A stretch of 54,642 nucleotides of DNA from an uncultured virus (IMG/VR IMGVR_UViG_3300036791_001015). Its lineage: Duplodnaviria; Heunggongvirae; Uroviricota; Caudoviricetes. Location: IMG/VR virus record IMGVR_UViG_3300036791_001015; one strand, given 5' to 3'. Position numbers and translations under genes: made by a program. Shown here in pieces: positions 34,389-44,614 of the stretch (position 1 is the stretch's first letter; every line of letters begins with the position of its first letter). Under the pieces are notes generated by a model. That model was not told the DNA's origin. It was given only the letters and a program-made list of their open reading frames with translations, and did not search any database.

Positions 34389-35498
34389 ATGGCAAACATC
34401 GCTCTGGTGATGATCGTCAAAAATGAAGCGAAATTGATCGAGCGCTGTCTCGACAGTGCCCTGCCGCTGATCGATTACGTCTCGATCGATGACACCGGCT
34501 CGACCGACGACACCAAGGAGATCATCCGCCAATGGCTCGACAGGCACGATATTTCTGGCGACGTGTTCGACAAACCTTGGCAGGATTTTGGCACCAACCG
34601 CACGATCGCGCTTCAGCGGCTGCGGGCGCATACCGAGATCGACTACGCACTGATGCTCGACGCCGACGATACGCTTGTCTGCGCGGCGGGCTTTGATCCC
34701 GCCGTCTTTAAGGAGGGGCTGAGCGCCGATCTCTACCATGTCGCGATACGCCTCGGCGGCATCCGCTACCACCGCCCACAGCTATGGCGTAACGCGCTCC
34801 CGTTTCACTATCGCGGCGTCGTCCACGAATTTCTCGTCAGTCCGCAAGGAGCGACGATCGGCACAGCGGCGGGCCTCTGCATCGTCGCGGGCGTCGATGG
34901 CGCACGCAGCGTTGATCCCGACAAATACCGCAAGGACGCGGAACTGCTGAGCGATGCCTTGGCGACCGAGGAAGACGCCTTCCTGCGCGCCCGCTACACT
35001 TTCTACCTAGCAAACAGTCTAAAGGATTGCGGTGAGACAGAGGCGGCATTGGGCCAATATCTCGCGCGAGCAAAGCTTGGATTTTGGGATGAGGAGATAT
35101 TTGTCAGCCTGTGGCGTGCAGCGCAGATGATGGAGGCGCTCGATTACCACAGCCACAAGATCATCGGGATGTATCTGCGCGCGTGGGAGGCCTTTCCGCA
35201 GCGTGCGGAGGCCCTGCACGGCGCGGCGCGCTACTGCCGTGCCCACGATATGCACCAGCAAGGCTATCTCTTTGCCAAGGCAGGCAGTCGGATCAGACAA
35301 CCCGCCAGCGGCCTCTTTGTCGAGCCGTGGATTTACGACTACGGCCTACTCGATGAACTCAGCGTGACCGCCTACTGGATCGGACGCTATGGCCAAAGCT
35401 TCATGGCCTGCCAGCGCCTGCTGGGGATGGCGCTGCCGGCGGAGACGCACGCACGCATCGAGATCAACGCCCGGTTTGCCAAGGAAAGGCTAATGTAG
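34389..35498 (+). CDS. Family 2 glycosyltransferase with TPR repeats
   Basis: MIVKNE...RCLDS...DTGSTD, DAD (DxD), YRGVVHE; C-terminal TPRs (FYLANS, AWEAFPQRAEAL). Confidence 0.92.
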   Translation: MANIALVMIVKNEAKLIERCLDSALPLIDYVSIDDTGSTDDTKEIIRQWLDRHDISGDVFDKPWQDFGTNRTIALQRLRAHTEIDYALMLDADDTLVCAAGFDPAVFKEGLSADLYHVAIRLGGIRYHRPQLWRNALPFHYRGVVHEFLVSPQGATIGTAAGLCIVAGVDGARSVDPDKYRKDAELLSDALATEEDAFLRARYTFYLANSLKDCGETEAALGQYLARAKLGFWDEEIFVSLWRAAQMMEALDYHSHKIIGMYLRAWEAFPQRAEALHGAARYCRAHDMHQQGYLFAKAGSRIRQPASGLFVEPWIYDYGLLDELSVTAYWIGRYGQSFMACQRLLGMALPAETHARIEINARFAKERLM

Positions 35499-37661
35499 CT
35501 TGCCCTCCACTTGCTCCAGACGTTCAGTCAATTGCTGGATCGCGCGCAGCGAATAGGCCAGCATGGTCGCCAGATCGATGGCAAGCGTGGGCTGCGTCTC
35601 CCAGTCGCAACCGACATCGCCGGTCTCCGGATGATCCATGTTAAACTTCACCGGCATATCGGTCTCGATAACCGCATCGGGAAGCGACGCCTGCACCTGT
35701 TGCGCCGTAAAGCCAAGCGCGACATGACTACGTGCGTCGATGATCTCTCCTTCCGGTGTGACACGCGGAACATCATAGGAATAGAATTGCAGCGGCTTGA
35801 TCGCCGCCAGCGCGTCGCGCTCGACGCTACTGATATTCCGCTTTAGCCGCTCATCCGAATAGGCTGAGAAGAACTGCGCGTAGATGCCCAGCCCGCTGAC
35901 AAACTGCATGTGGTTGCCGATCGGCGCTCCCCAGGTGTAATCAAAATTAAAGGCCGCCCCACCAAGACAGAACCCATTGTTGGCACTAAGATGCTGGACC
36001 GTTGTCTGGCCGCCAGGGACATAAAGAGTGCCGTTAATCTGACACCCGCCGTAGTCCATGATGTAGCTCGTGTAGGTCGCGTTTGAACTAACAGTATTAT
36101 TGCAATTGACATTGCCTCCGACACCCAAAGTACTGGCGATATCCGCATTCCCGGCGCTGTTGATATAGTTAGAATACACAGTGTTACTGTTAAACTGACC
36201 CGCGCAGGCCATGTTACCGGTACTATAGACATAGCCACCCTGCGCGGTCCCGTAGGCTGTAACCCAGCCACTTGCCGCGATATTACCACTGCTGCCGACA
36301 TAAGCCGCCTGAACATTACCGGCAAAGGTCGCGTTGCCACTATTGACGACGAGGCCGTTCCAGACATTCAGCCCGCCATAGGAATAGGTGCCACCCTGGA
36401 CGGTGATCTGCGCGCAGTTGAGATTGCCGCTGGCGACATTGGCCCCGTTATAAGCAGTCAGCCCGCCATTGATGGCCAGCGCGCCAAAAGTGGTGATGTT
36501 GCCGCTGAGATCGATCTGCAAGCGAACCGCTGCGGCGGTTTCATCATTGATACTCCAGATACCGCTGGGATATACGCCACAAGTCCAAGAACGCGTGCCG
36601 GCAGTAGTATAGTAAATGCGCGCGTAGTAGCCGTGATCGGCATAAATCTGCCAAGGATCATTACCGCCGGGGATATACGCCCGCCCGCCGCCTTGGCTGT
36701 AGAGGTAGCCATTGACCTGAAAAACACCAAGAGCATAGGTGGTGTTGTGCAGATAGATCGCGTTTGAGCCGCCTGCGTAGATATCCGTTGTGCCGATACC
36801 ACCACTGCCGATCAGCAAGCTATTCCCGGTGTTGATCCCCACTACATTACGGGGCGCTCCACCCGTATCTTTACAGTAGTAGAAATAATTATTGGAGATA
36901 ACGATATTTCCCTGAAACCACGCCGTCCCGATATCGACATAGAGATTGGCACCACCCGCGATATGGACATAGTTGTCGGAGAGGATGCCGATTAGCGCGT
37001 GGGCCGTCCCCGATGTATCCTTGCCATTCCAACTAACATTATTGTTGATGACCGGTATGCCGTTAAACATGACAAAAGGTGCTGAACCGTCATTGATATA
37101 GACGTTATTGTCGGAGCCTTTGAGGATCAGGCCGCGCGGATTGCCCGCCGTGTCGAGACCAAAATACCACGTGTTGTTTGCCAGGATGGTCGAGATACCG
37201 CTTTGAAAGCGGATGTGGCCGACCATCGTGCCGCCCGCGAGGGGCAAATACGCGCCCAAATTTGGACCGGCGGGGATCAATGCGGTGACAAAATTGGCCA
37301 GCGCCTGCTGCCAGTTTGCCATCCAGTTAATCTGATCCCCGTTATCGTAAATATATTGCTGGATTTGCCCCGATATCCACAAACACAGACTACTGGCAAC
37401 AAACGTCCCCTGCCGGATCGCCCGATTGTTAAAGGCGCTGATCGCCAGCCCTGGCATATTGCCGGTACCCAGCAACGGATCGGCAAAATAAGCAGGAAGC
37501 CCCTCAAGATTGGCCCCCGCGCCAATCGCCACCGCCTTAAAATCGGTCCCGACCGGTGTGGTTGTCGCTAGCTCAGTCGGGATCGGCGGATCACCAGGGA
37601 GCTTTGGAATTTCCAGCGGAGGGCCGCCATTGCCGTTCATCACGGGCATATTGTCACTCAT
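35490..37661 (-). CDS. Tail fibre with a C-terminal intramolecular chaperone (peptidase S74-like)
   Basis: N-terminal DFKAVAIGAGAN...NRAIRQ baseplate-anchor-like region; SDERLKRNI...GFTAQQV...AIQQL; start may be 37673. Confidence 0.85.
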   Translation of the reverse strand: MSDNMPVMNGNGGPPLEIPKLPGDPPIPTELATTTPVGTDFKAVAIGAGANLEGLPAYFADPLLGTGNMPGLAISAFNNRAIRQGTFVASSLCLWISGQIQQYIYDNGDQINWMANWQQALANFVTALIPAGPNLGAYLPLAGGTMVGHIRFQSGISTILANNTWYFGLDTAGNPRGLILKGSDNNVYINDGSAPFVMFNGIPVINNNVSWNGKDTSGTAHALIGILSDNYVHIAGGANLYVDIGTAWFQGNIVISNNYFYYCKDTGGAPRNVVGINTGNSLLIGSGGIGTTDIYAGGSNAIYLHNTTYALGVFQVNGYLYSQGGGRAYIPGGNDPWQIYADHGYYARIYYTTAGTRSWTCGVYPSGIWSINDETAAAVRLQIDLSGNITTFGALAINGGLTAYNGANVASGNLNCAQITVQGGTYSYGGLNVWNGLVVNSGNATFAGNVQAAYVGSSGNIAASGWVTAYGTAQGGYVYSTGNMACAGQFNSNTVYSNYINSAGNADIASTLGVGGNVNCNNTVSSNATYTSYIMDYGGCQINGTLYVPGGQTTVQHLSANNGFCLGGAAFNFDYTWGAPIGNHMQFVSGLGIYAQFFSAYSDERLKRNISSVERDALAAIKPLQFYSYDVPRVTPEGEIIDARSHVALGFTAQQVQASLPDAVIETDMPVKFNMDHPETGDVGCDWETQPTLAIDLATMLAYSLRAIQQLTERLEQVEGKLH

Positions 37662-39408
37662 CAGCCGCTCCATCCTCTTGAGTTCCGGCGGTGCCCTGTC
37701 CTGGCGGCACCATCACGCCCCAATAACCCTCATTCCAGCCGTGGACGCTGTCGCTGTCGCTGTCCCAGGCAAAGAACGGCTCGCCTGGGCTTGGCTGTAA
37801 GGCGTAGGCGCGCAGGGCCACGCCTTCAGGCCGTAAGTCCATCTGCCCGGTGAGGAACAGCGATAACAGCACTTGGTCCAAGATTTGGTCCGACATCAGG
37901 CCGTACAGCATCGTCATATTGCCGTAATCCTGAATGATCACCTTTAGCCCGGCATACTCGAACAGCGTGTCCCACGCCGCATAGGCCTGTGGGATCGAAC
38001 CATCCCAGTGATTGGCGATAATCGTCGCGTAAAGCAGCAAGCGATAATGATAGTCGTCAAGCCGCTCCAGACTATTGTCGCTGTCCGCCGGCCCTTTCCA
38101 GTTGGCTTGGTTCCAGCCATTGCCTTCGTCATCCCAGGTAAAAAAGACACTGGGTATCTCGATCCACCGGCTCTTGCCGATCCACTGACCGGTAAAATCC
38201 TCCTGTTGCCCGACAGAATAATCGAGATCAAACAACCCGACGATGCCAGCAATGAGTTGTTGGTCCTCAACAATGCTCTCCAGGCTGTCCGCCACCGTCG
38301 CCATATATTTGGGTTTTTGATTATGCTCGGACGTGATGCGGTTGAGATAATCGAGCGTGGTAAAAGTCGGGAAGGGAGACGGATAATCCGGTAGCGGCTT
38401 GATAAGCTCGCTGATGACAAGCGAGGCCACCGCCGCTGCGGTGATCGTCCCAAAGAGGACATTCTGCCGCGACTGGCTGGCCGCAAGGAGACTGGTCCTG
38501 GCGCTGATCCGGCCTGCAAAAGTCGTCGCGTACCGACCGGTTGCCCATGTGACCTTGCCAGCGCCGGAAATCGAACCAAAGAGCGAAAGCGGATGTGGTG
38601 TGAGATCGGGAAACCGGAGACGGGCCTCGCTGATCGCGCTGACTTTAGCGGTCAGGTTGATGTGTGTTGGTATCGATATTGTCGGCGGAGAAATCCGTAT
38701 CTGGCTACGCGCGCCGATAATCGTTGAAAGCTGACCAGACACCCACAGATTGGCCACGCGAAGACGCGCGCTGCTACGCCCACCAATCCTAAGGGTAAGC
38801 TGGCCTGGGTTCTGCCAGAGAAACGGCGTCCCGATCCGCGCGCGGCTGCGCCCCGCGATCGTGACCGACAGTTGGCCGCGTTGCCAAAGCGCCGCCGTGC
38901 GGACCTGTATTTTTGTCTGGGCGCTGACACGCGCGGCAAGGCTTAGATGAAGATTGCCTAACCTTGTCTTGCTCGCCGCACTAGCGCGCCCCGCCAGCCA
39001 CGTGACGCGGGCATAACCTATGGCACCGCCAAATATCCTGCCGGTGAGGAGAGCCTGAAAAATCCGCAGGCTAGCCTGCGAGGCACTCCCGATCCGCCCC
39101 GACAGATTGCGTGGTTCAGGGACAAAATCGCGAAGGGCTGTCTGAGTTCGTGCGCTGATCCGGCCCGAGACATATTGGATAGGCCGAAATGTTTGCAGCG
39201 ATAATTTAGTACCGCCGCTGATGCTGCCTGACAGATTATGAACAGGCAGAACGCTGCGTGCTTGTGTATTCGCAGTAATCCGTCCCGCGACGTTGAGAAC
39301 CAAAACGGGACCCAACGGACCACCGCGAGCTTGTGTGCTCGCCGTGATCCGGCCTGCTACATTTAGAACCGCTGCGGCTTGCGGCCCAACTGGTGTGTTG
39401 GCGGCCAT
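37654..39408 (-). CDS. DUF2612-like baseplate wedge protein with a long N-terminal repeat region
   Basis: C-terminal ITSEHNQKPKY...FDLDYSVGQQ...LDDYHYRLLL..I.ANHWDG; ~15 LxGRIxxxS/T repeats. Confidence 0.85.
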   Translation of the reverse strand: MAANTPVGPQAAAVLNVAGRITASTQARGGPLGPVLVLNVAGRITANTQARSVLPVHNLSGSISGGTKLSLQTFRPIQYVSGRISARTQTALRDFVPEPRNLSGRIGSASQASLRIFQALLTGRIFGGAIGYARVTWLAGRASAASKTRLGNLHLSLAARVSAQTKIQVRTAALWQRGQLSVTIAGRSRARIGTPFLWQNPGQLTLRIGGRSSARLRVANLWVSGQLSTIIGARSQIRISPPTISIPTHINLTAKVSAISEARLRFPDLTPHPLSLFGSISGAGKVTWATGRYATTFAGRISARTSLLAASQSRQNVLFGTITAAAVASLVISELIKPLPDYPSPFPTFTTLDYLNRITSEHNQKPKYMATVADSLESIVEDQQLIAGIVGLFDLDYSVGQQEDFTGQWIGKSRWIEIPSVFFTWDDEGNGWNQANWKGPADSDNSLERLDDYHYRLLLYATIIANHWDGSIPQAYAAWDTLFEYAGLKVIIQDYGNMTMLYGLMSDQILDQVLLSLFLTGQMDLRPEGVALRAYALQPSPGEPFFAWDSDSDSVHGWNEGYWGVMVPPGQGTAGTQEDGAADE

Positions 39409-40068
39409 CTAGGCAAGCGAGACAACCAGCGAGCCAGCCGGGAAGGTCGCCTGGACATTGACGCCAATGGCCTGCGAGGTGAATTTGCGGACATTGCCGT
39501 CGCCCGATGTCGCGGTGTTGACCGCCGTGCCGCCATTGGTCACGGTAAACGTATCGGTCAGCGAATTGGCAACCACCAACGGCCCGGTAAAATTCCCCTG
39601 CGAGAAGGTCGGTGGTGTGCCCCCGTATTCGGTGGTGAACATCACCGTATCGCCATTGAGATAACCGTGACGCGGCGTGGTCAGCACGGCGGGCGAGGCG
39701 GCGACAACCGAGGCCGGTATCCAGGCATAACTGCCAAAATAATCCCACGCGACCAGATTACCCGCCGTCAGCGCATCATAGAGACCAAAGGCGACAATCG
39801 TCCCCCAGGAGCCGGTCGATGTCGGGAAGACGATCGGATTGGCATTCTGGATCGTGCTGGGGGCCGTGCCGGTGGCGGCGGCCCAATCGGCGGCGGCGGT
39901 GGTCGCGCGGGCGTAGGCGTTGCCCGCCACCTCGGTAAAGCCCGTCCCGTCATCCAGCCCCGCCGCTGTAAAGAGCGCGACAAAGGCTGGTTTGAGGGTA
40001 AAGATCGCCGTCTTGCCGGTGATATGATTGAGCACGCCCTGCGACGTGTAGTTGGTCAAGCCGCTCAT
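39409..40068 (-). CDS. Minor tail/structural protein
   Basis: LTNY...LNH...ALFTA...EV.G..YAR...FPT.TG.WGTI..FGLYDA.T.GNL motif of a common minor tail family. Confidence 0.75.
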   Translation of the reverse strand: MSGLTNYTSQGVLNHITGKTAIFTLKPAFVALFTAAGLDDGTGFTEVAGNAYARATTAAADWAAATGTAPSTIQNANPIVFPTSTGSWGTIVAFGLYDALTAGNLVAWDYFGSYAWIPASVVAASPAVLTTPRHGYLNGDTVMFTTEYGGTPPTFSQGNFTGPLVVANSLTDTFTVTNGGTAVNTATSGDGNVRKFTSQAIGVNVQATFPAGSLVVSLA

Positions 40069-40079
40069 GGTCTCTCCTT

Positions 40080-41255
40080 CTAGCTAACCAAGACTGTAAC
40101 CAAGCTGGCATCACAGTAGGCCGCCTCAATAAACGAAATAAGGACATCAGTTCCTTGCACCGCGTTGTTGTCCCGCGCCTGCAAGACCGTTGTCACGTCG
40201 TAGGTCAGCCCATCCGGTTCCGGTAGCTGCGTCGCGGCGACCAATTTGGTGTAGTAGCTGTCATAGCCGATCGGCAGGGAGGTGATAAACGCGATCACCT
40301 GATTGACGATCGCGTTCTCGATCGCGGTGCTAAATCCCGGCAATGCCGTGATCAGCAGATGGACCGTGATCGATACTTGCATAAGCTGGTAATAATTGAT
40401 CTGCGAGGGGATACCGCGACTATCGTAGACAATCAGATGCGTGGTGCCGTAGGTCGGGGAACCGGGCGTTTTACGCAGGGCAATGGCTTGGCCGATCGAC
40501 TGCGCGTCGCCGCCCTCGACCACGGCGGCCATCGAATAGGCCGGAATACCATTGGCATCGGCGGCATTGGTCGGGTTCTCATAGATCATCACCCGCTGCA
40601 CACCGGGGAGATTTTCGATCGCCCCCTGGATACCGACAACCACGGTCTGCGACGGATTGGCGACCGATTGCGTCTGCCGCCGCCGTAGCTGCGCATCGGT
40701 CTCGATCGGCTGGCCGATCACCGCCGGTACATCGTTGGTGACCGTCTGCCAGCCAGGGATTGGTGTGATAATCTGCGTGATCGTGCCGACATCGGCAATA
40801 ATCGATCCCATAACCGTGCAGGTCGCGGTCGCCTCGACTTGGCCTTGATAGGGGATGATGACACCAGCCGGTAATTGCCAGACCGTCCCGAGACTGAGAT
40901 TATCGCCAACCAAGGCATTGCTGACATCGGTCCCCGCGACCCCCGCGCAGGTCACAATGACCGTGCTGGTGCTGGCGGTGAGCCGCCGGATGCCGTTGAT
41001 CTTGACGACACTGGAGAGACCGACGCCTTGCGCGTAAGAGGGGCTATAGGCTTGGTAGGTCGCGGCGATCGTCATATTGGTATCGTTGACCGCCGAGGCG
41101 ATCACCGACACCCACTGACCGTCCTGCGTATCGGGATCGAGATTGACATCGGCCCCGTAGATCGCCTGATATTGCTGCTGAAAATAGGCCAGCACATCTT
41201 GGAAATGCGGCACATAGACGCCGGTTGCGTCGATCATCGTAATCGGGACAGCCAT
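40080..41255 (-). CDS. Baseplate J-like wedge protein
   Basis: PDTQDGQ...LSSVVKINGI.R...ETDAQLRRR...VEGG...I.LRKTPG. Confidence 0.9.
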   Translation of the reverse strand: MAVPITMIDATGVYVPHFQDVLAYFQQQYQAIYGADVNLDPDTQDGQWVSVIASAVNDTNMTIAATYQAYSPSYAQGVGLSSVVKINGIRRLTASTSTVIVTCAGVAGTDVSNALVGDNLSLGTVWQLPAGVIIPYQGQVEATATCTVMGSIIADVGTITQIITPIPGWQTVTNDVPAVIGQPIETDAQLRRRQTQSVANPSQTVVVGIQGAIENLPGVQRVMIYENPTNAADANGIPAYSMAAVVEGGDAQSIGQAIALRKTPGSPTYGTTHLIVYDSRGIPSQINYYQLMQVSITVHLLITALPGFSTAIENAIVNQVIAFITSLPIGYDSYYTKLVAATQLPEPDGLTYDVTTVLQARDNNAVQGTDVLISFIEAAYCDASLVTVLVS

Positions 41256-41259
41256 CGGC

Positions 41260-41748
41260 TTACCTCATCGGTGGCAAACGCGCCAAGAGCGGTGGGGCTG
41301 GCATCCTGGCAGGCATCCGGTTTGATGGCTCGACAACGACATGGATGCCTGCGGTCGGCGTCGCCGTCAGGCTCACTGACAGCGAGACGCCGTAGATCGT
41401 GTCGATCGTCGCGTTGACCGAATAGGCGCGACTATCGGGATCAACCGAACTGCCATAGTTGGTGATCTGGATCACACCAAATGTCGTCATGATGCGAGAG
41501 CGGATCGCGGCATCACGCGATAGCTGCGTGTGGACGCCGAGGATGCGGCCCTGCAAAACGACAAGATCGTTTAGCGGAAAGCCACCCCACGGCGTTCCAG
41601 CCACAGTGTCGAGATACCATTCGCCCGAGAACAGCAGGAGCCGAGTTTTGACGGATTGGCCGACCGCATCCGGCACATCGTGCCAGAAATCCCCCGCCCC
41701 GTGTCCGAACTGCATATCACCGTTCGCATCGAGCTTCCGGTAGCGCAT
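41260..41748 (-). CDS. Baseplate wedge protein (gp25/GP46-like)
   Basis: MRYRKLDANGD..FG...AVGQSVKTRLLLFSGEWYLD...IDTIYG. Confidence 0.85.
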   Translation of the reverse strand: MRYRKLDANGDMQFGHGAGDFWHDVPDAVGQSVKTRLLLFSGEWYLDTVAGTPWGGFPLNDLVVLQGRILGVHTQLSRDAAIRSRIMTTFGVIQITNYGSSVDPDSRAYSVNATIDTIYGVSLSVSLTATPTAGIHVVVEPSNRMPARMPAPPLLARLPPMR

Positions 41749-41960
41749 CAGTGTGGCTGTTGCGGCGGGGGCGGCATTTCGGGCATCCCCAGCCCATTTG
41801 CCGTTTGCGGGGCCTGTGTCTGTAGCTGGCCGCTGATCGCCTGGATCAGTGGCGCGGCGACGCGATACGGCGCATCGGAGAGCGCGCCAAGCACGCCGTT
41901 CCACTGTTGGGCTTCCAAGGTGATGGTAAAGGGCTGGTTGGGCGCGACGGGTTCAGGCAT
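41748..41960 (-). CDS. Hypothetical tail-module protein
   Basis: GAGGAG RBS; ALSDAPYRVAAPLI. Confidence 0.65.
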   Translation of the reverse strand: MPEPVAPNQPFTITLEAQQWNGVLGALSDAPYRVAAPLIQAISGQLQTQAPQTANGLGMPEMPPPPQQPH

Positions 41961-42483
41961 GGCTTTCCTCCTCTAGTAATTCGGGGACGCCTACCAGGGA
42001 TGCTGGATCGGGCATCGGTGGCGGCGGCGGAATATCGACAGCCGGGACCACCTCTGGCGGCGGCGGGGGCATTGCTGGCGACGGTTCGCTCACTGGCACG
42101 CTTACCGCGACCACCTCAGGCGGCGGCATCACCGGCAGCGGCGGTGGTGGCGATATCGCCGTGCGTGGCGGATTGCCCAAGGCCGCCAACTGATCCTTTA
42201 GCTCGTCCTGCCGCGTCGTCAGCCAATCAACCACAGCATTAGCCAAAGCTGGGGCGTTTGGCAACGCAACGGTGACACCCACCGACGCGGGCACGGGTGG
42301 GGCTGTTGATGTTGGCGGCGGCGGGGCCGCCAGGGGCGGTGTGGCTGACGGAGCAGGCGCGACGAGACCGCCCTGCACCATGATAAAGGAGATACCGCTA
42401 CCCTCTTGGTCAAGCAGCACCAGCGCCTGCTCGATCACCGCGCTCTCATTGTAAAGCGCGTCAGCACTGGGGGCGTCCGTCAT
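41953..42483 (-). CDS. Pro-rich hypothetical protein, paralog of 42480-42827
   Basis: LYNE...AL...ELKDQLAALG. Confidence 0.7.
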   Translation of the reverse strand: MTDAPSADALYNESAVIEQALVLLDQEGSGISFIMVQGGLVAPAPSATPPLAAPPPPTSTAPPVPASVGVTVALPNAPALANAVVDWLTTRQDELKDQLAALGNPPRTAISPPPPLPVMPPPEVVAVSVPVSEPSPAMPPPPPEVVPAVDIPPPPPMPDPASLVGVPELLEEESHA

Positions 42484-42827
42484 GTCCCCGTCGCCCCTGT
42501 CGCGCCCGTAGCGCCTGTCGGCTTCCACTTTCTGACCGGTGGATCGGTCACGCCCAAGGCCGCTAGCTCCGCGTAAATCTCGTCATCCCGCGCCTGGAGA
42601 GCGACGATAGCCGCCTCGACAAGAGCCGGTGGATTGGGCGGTTTTAGCTGGATGGAAACCGCCATCATAAATGCCGGGGACACGGGGGCTTCCGGATCGG
42701 GCGGCGGCGGCGAGACCACCATCGAGGCGATCGGGCCGCCGTTCATCAGAAAATCGATCGCCGACTGGACCTGCTGCTGCTCCAGATAAAGCGTGTTGAC
42801 TTGTGGGACATCGCTATAAGCGGTCAT
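42480..42827 (-). CDS. Hypothetical protein (possible fibre-associated)
   Basis: LYLE...AI...EIYAELAALG; ends in GAT triplets. Confidence 0.7.
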   Translation of the reverse strand: MTAYSDVPQVNTLYLEQQQVQSAIDFLMNGGPIASMVVSPPPPDPEAPVSPAFMMAVSIQLKPPNPPALVEAAIVALQARDDEIYAELAALGVTDPPVRKWKPTGATGATGATGT

Positions 42828-44614
42828 CGGGCCTCCAATTGCGCTAGGCGCGCCTCCAACTGCTGGATCGCGCGGATATAATAGCCGTGCAGCCGTTCAT
42901 AGTTGATCTTCATCAGCCCTGGCGTCGCGTCGTGGGTGTGTCCCTCTGCGGCGCAATCGCTGGGCATTTCCTGCGCCACCAGACCGATCGCCACCGGGCG
43001 GCGAGCGACTTCGTGGCCAAGCGTCCTTGCGTGTTCCGGTGTCCATTCAAACGATCGGACCGGGATTGCGCAGAGCGCGACCAGGGCATCGACCTCGGTA
43101 TCCCGAATATTCATCTTGACGCGACGATCGGATACACCATCAACAAACACTTCAAAGAGCGTGCCGTAATAGTAATGACAGATGCTCCAACCGCTCGCAG
43201 TACCGGGTTCAGTACAGGCATTAATCCCACCTGTCAGATTTGTTGTGTGAACAATCCCATATTCAAGGGCTTCATCAATTCGATATAAGAGATAACCATT
43301 ACTGCTGTCCCAACGGAAATTAACACCGTTATTCGTATTGAACGTCCCTAAGTGACCGGCATTACCGGGGCCACCGAGCAACTTGCCTGTGTATACTAAG
43401 CCCCCAGTTATATTACCGTTTGCGACTATCGAACCGTCAACCTGCAAGGAACTACCAGTATGAATAGGTTGCCCCGTCGTAACCCAGCCACTGCCATTGT
43501 ACCACGACACACCAGCAAAGAAGATTTGGCCACTGGTATTAATGTTCCCATCGGAATAGAAATCAGGCACCCGAAACACCTGATTAAAGCCAAACCATCC
43601 GTCGCCTCGATTGTAAAGGACACCGCCTGCGACATTAAGCTGGCTAGCGGCGTATAAGTTTACCGCCGAATGTATTGATCCGCGAACTGAGTAGATTTCA
43701 CCGGCATTATTGATTTGCAGATGATCGCCCGCATTTCCTGAATAGACCCGAAAGACATCAGCATCAACATAAATACACCATTGGTTTGTGCCTGCCTCCT
43801 GCAAATAAAGATGCCCACCATTACCTATAAAATTCGAGGTAGTCGTAATACTCCCGCTTGTGCTGATGCTAGCTGCGGAAAAGGAGCCGCTAACCGTCAG
43901 TATGCTGTTGACCGTCAGATTGCCGTTGACCGTCAGATTATCCCAAACACGAACAAGCCTGTTACTAGCCGTTGTTCCCGCACCGACAATCCCAAGCGCG
44001 GCACCATCAAAACCACGGTAATCAATTGATCCCGCACTAGGCTCGTCACCGGAATTGACCGCAAGCCGCCAACGCCTCGCGGTAAAATTCGAGAATGTTT
44101 GACTTTGGAAATCGGCTCCCTGAATTTGTACGACAACGGGTCCTGTTCCACCAGAACCAACAACCCAGAACGGCGCACCTATAATTACAGAACCAATGGA
44201 ATTATCGATGCGAATAGGACGGAGCGAATTATAACTGCCAAGGTAGTCACCATTCGCGGTCAATAACAGGTACGTATTAGTCCCATCATTATACCACATC
44301 GAGCCGTAACCGGAGCCGTTGGACATATGAAACTGCCCCTGGCCCCCAGGTCCTGTGTTCATCCCATAAATCGGCCCGGTAACCTGCCCACCCGCCAGCG
44401 GCAAGAAGGGCAGCGCTGTCGTCGCAGCGGTCCAGTCGGTGATATCGACATGGGTCAGCACGACATCGCCGGTCCGCCCCGCGACCGAATAGACCTGTCC
44501 GCCGCCGGCCCCAGAACCGGCGACCCATTTTTGCCCATCCCAGGACCACTGATGCCCGCCGCTGGTGAATTTCTGATTGAGCGTCGGGCTATTGGGATAG
44601 TCGATCACGGTCAT
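42824..44614 (-). CDS. Tail fibre with S74-like chaperone
   Basis: SDRRVKMNI...GLVAQE...AIQQL; YGSMWYNDG..YLLLT fibre module. Confidence 0.88.
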   Translation of the reverse strand: MTVIDYPNSPTLNQKFTSGGHQWSWDGQKWVAGSGAGGGQVYSVAGRTGDVVLTHVDITDWTAATTALPFLPLAGGQVTGPIYGMNTGPGGQGQFHMSNGSGYGSMWYNDGTNTYLLLTANGDYLGSYNSLRPIRIDNSIGSVIIGAPFWVVGSGGTGPVVVQIQGADFQSQTFSNFTARRWRLAVNSGDEPSAGSIDYRGFDGAALGIVGAGTTASNRLVRVWDNLTVNGNLTVNSILTVSGSFSAASISTSGSITTTSNFIGNGGHLYLQEAGTNQWCIYVDADVFRVYSGNAGDHLQINNAGEIYSVRGSIHSAVNLYAASQLNVAGGVLYNRGDGWFGFNQVFRVPDFYSDGNINTSGQIFFAGVSWYNGSGWVTTGQPIHTGSSLQVDGSIVANGNITGGLVYTGKLLGGPGNAGHLGTFNTNNGVNFRWDSSNGYLLYRIDEALEYGIVHTTNLTGGINACTEPGTASGWSICHYYYGTLFEVFVDGVSDRRVKMNIRDTEVDALVALCAIPVRSFEWTPEHARTLGHEVARRPVAIGLVAQEMPSDCAAEGHTHDATPGLMKINYERLHGYYIRAIQQLEARLAQLEAR

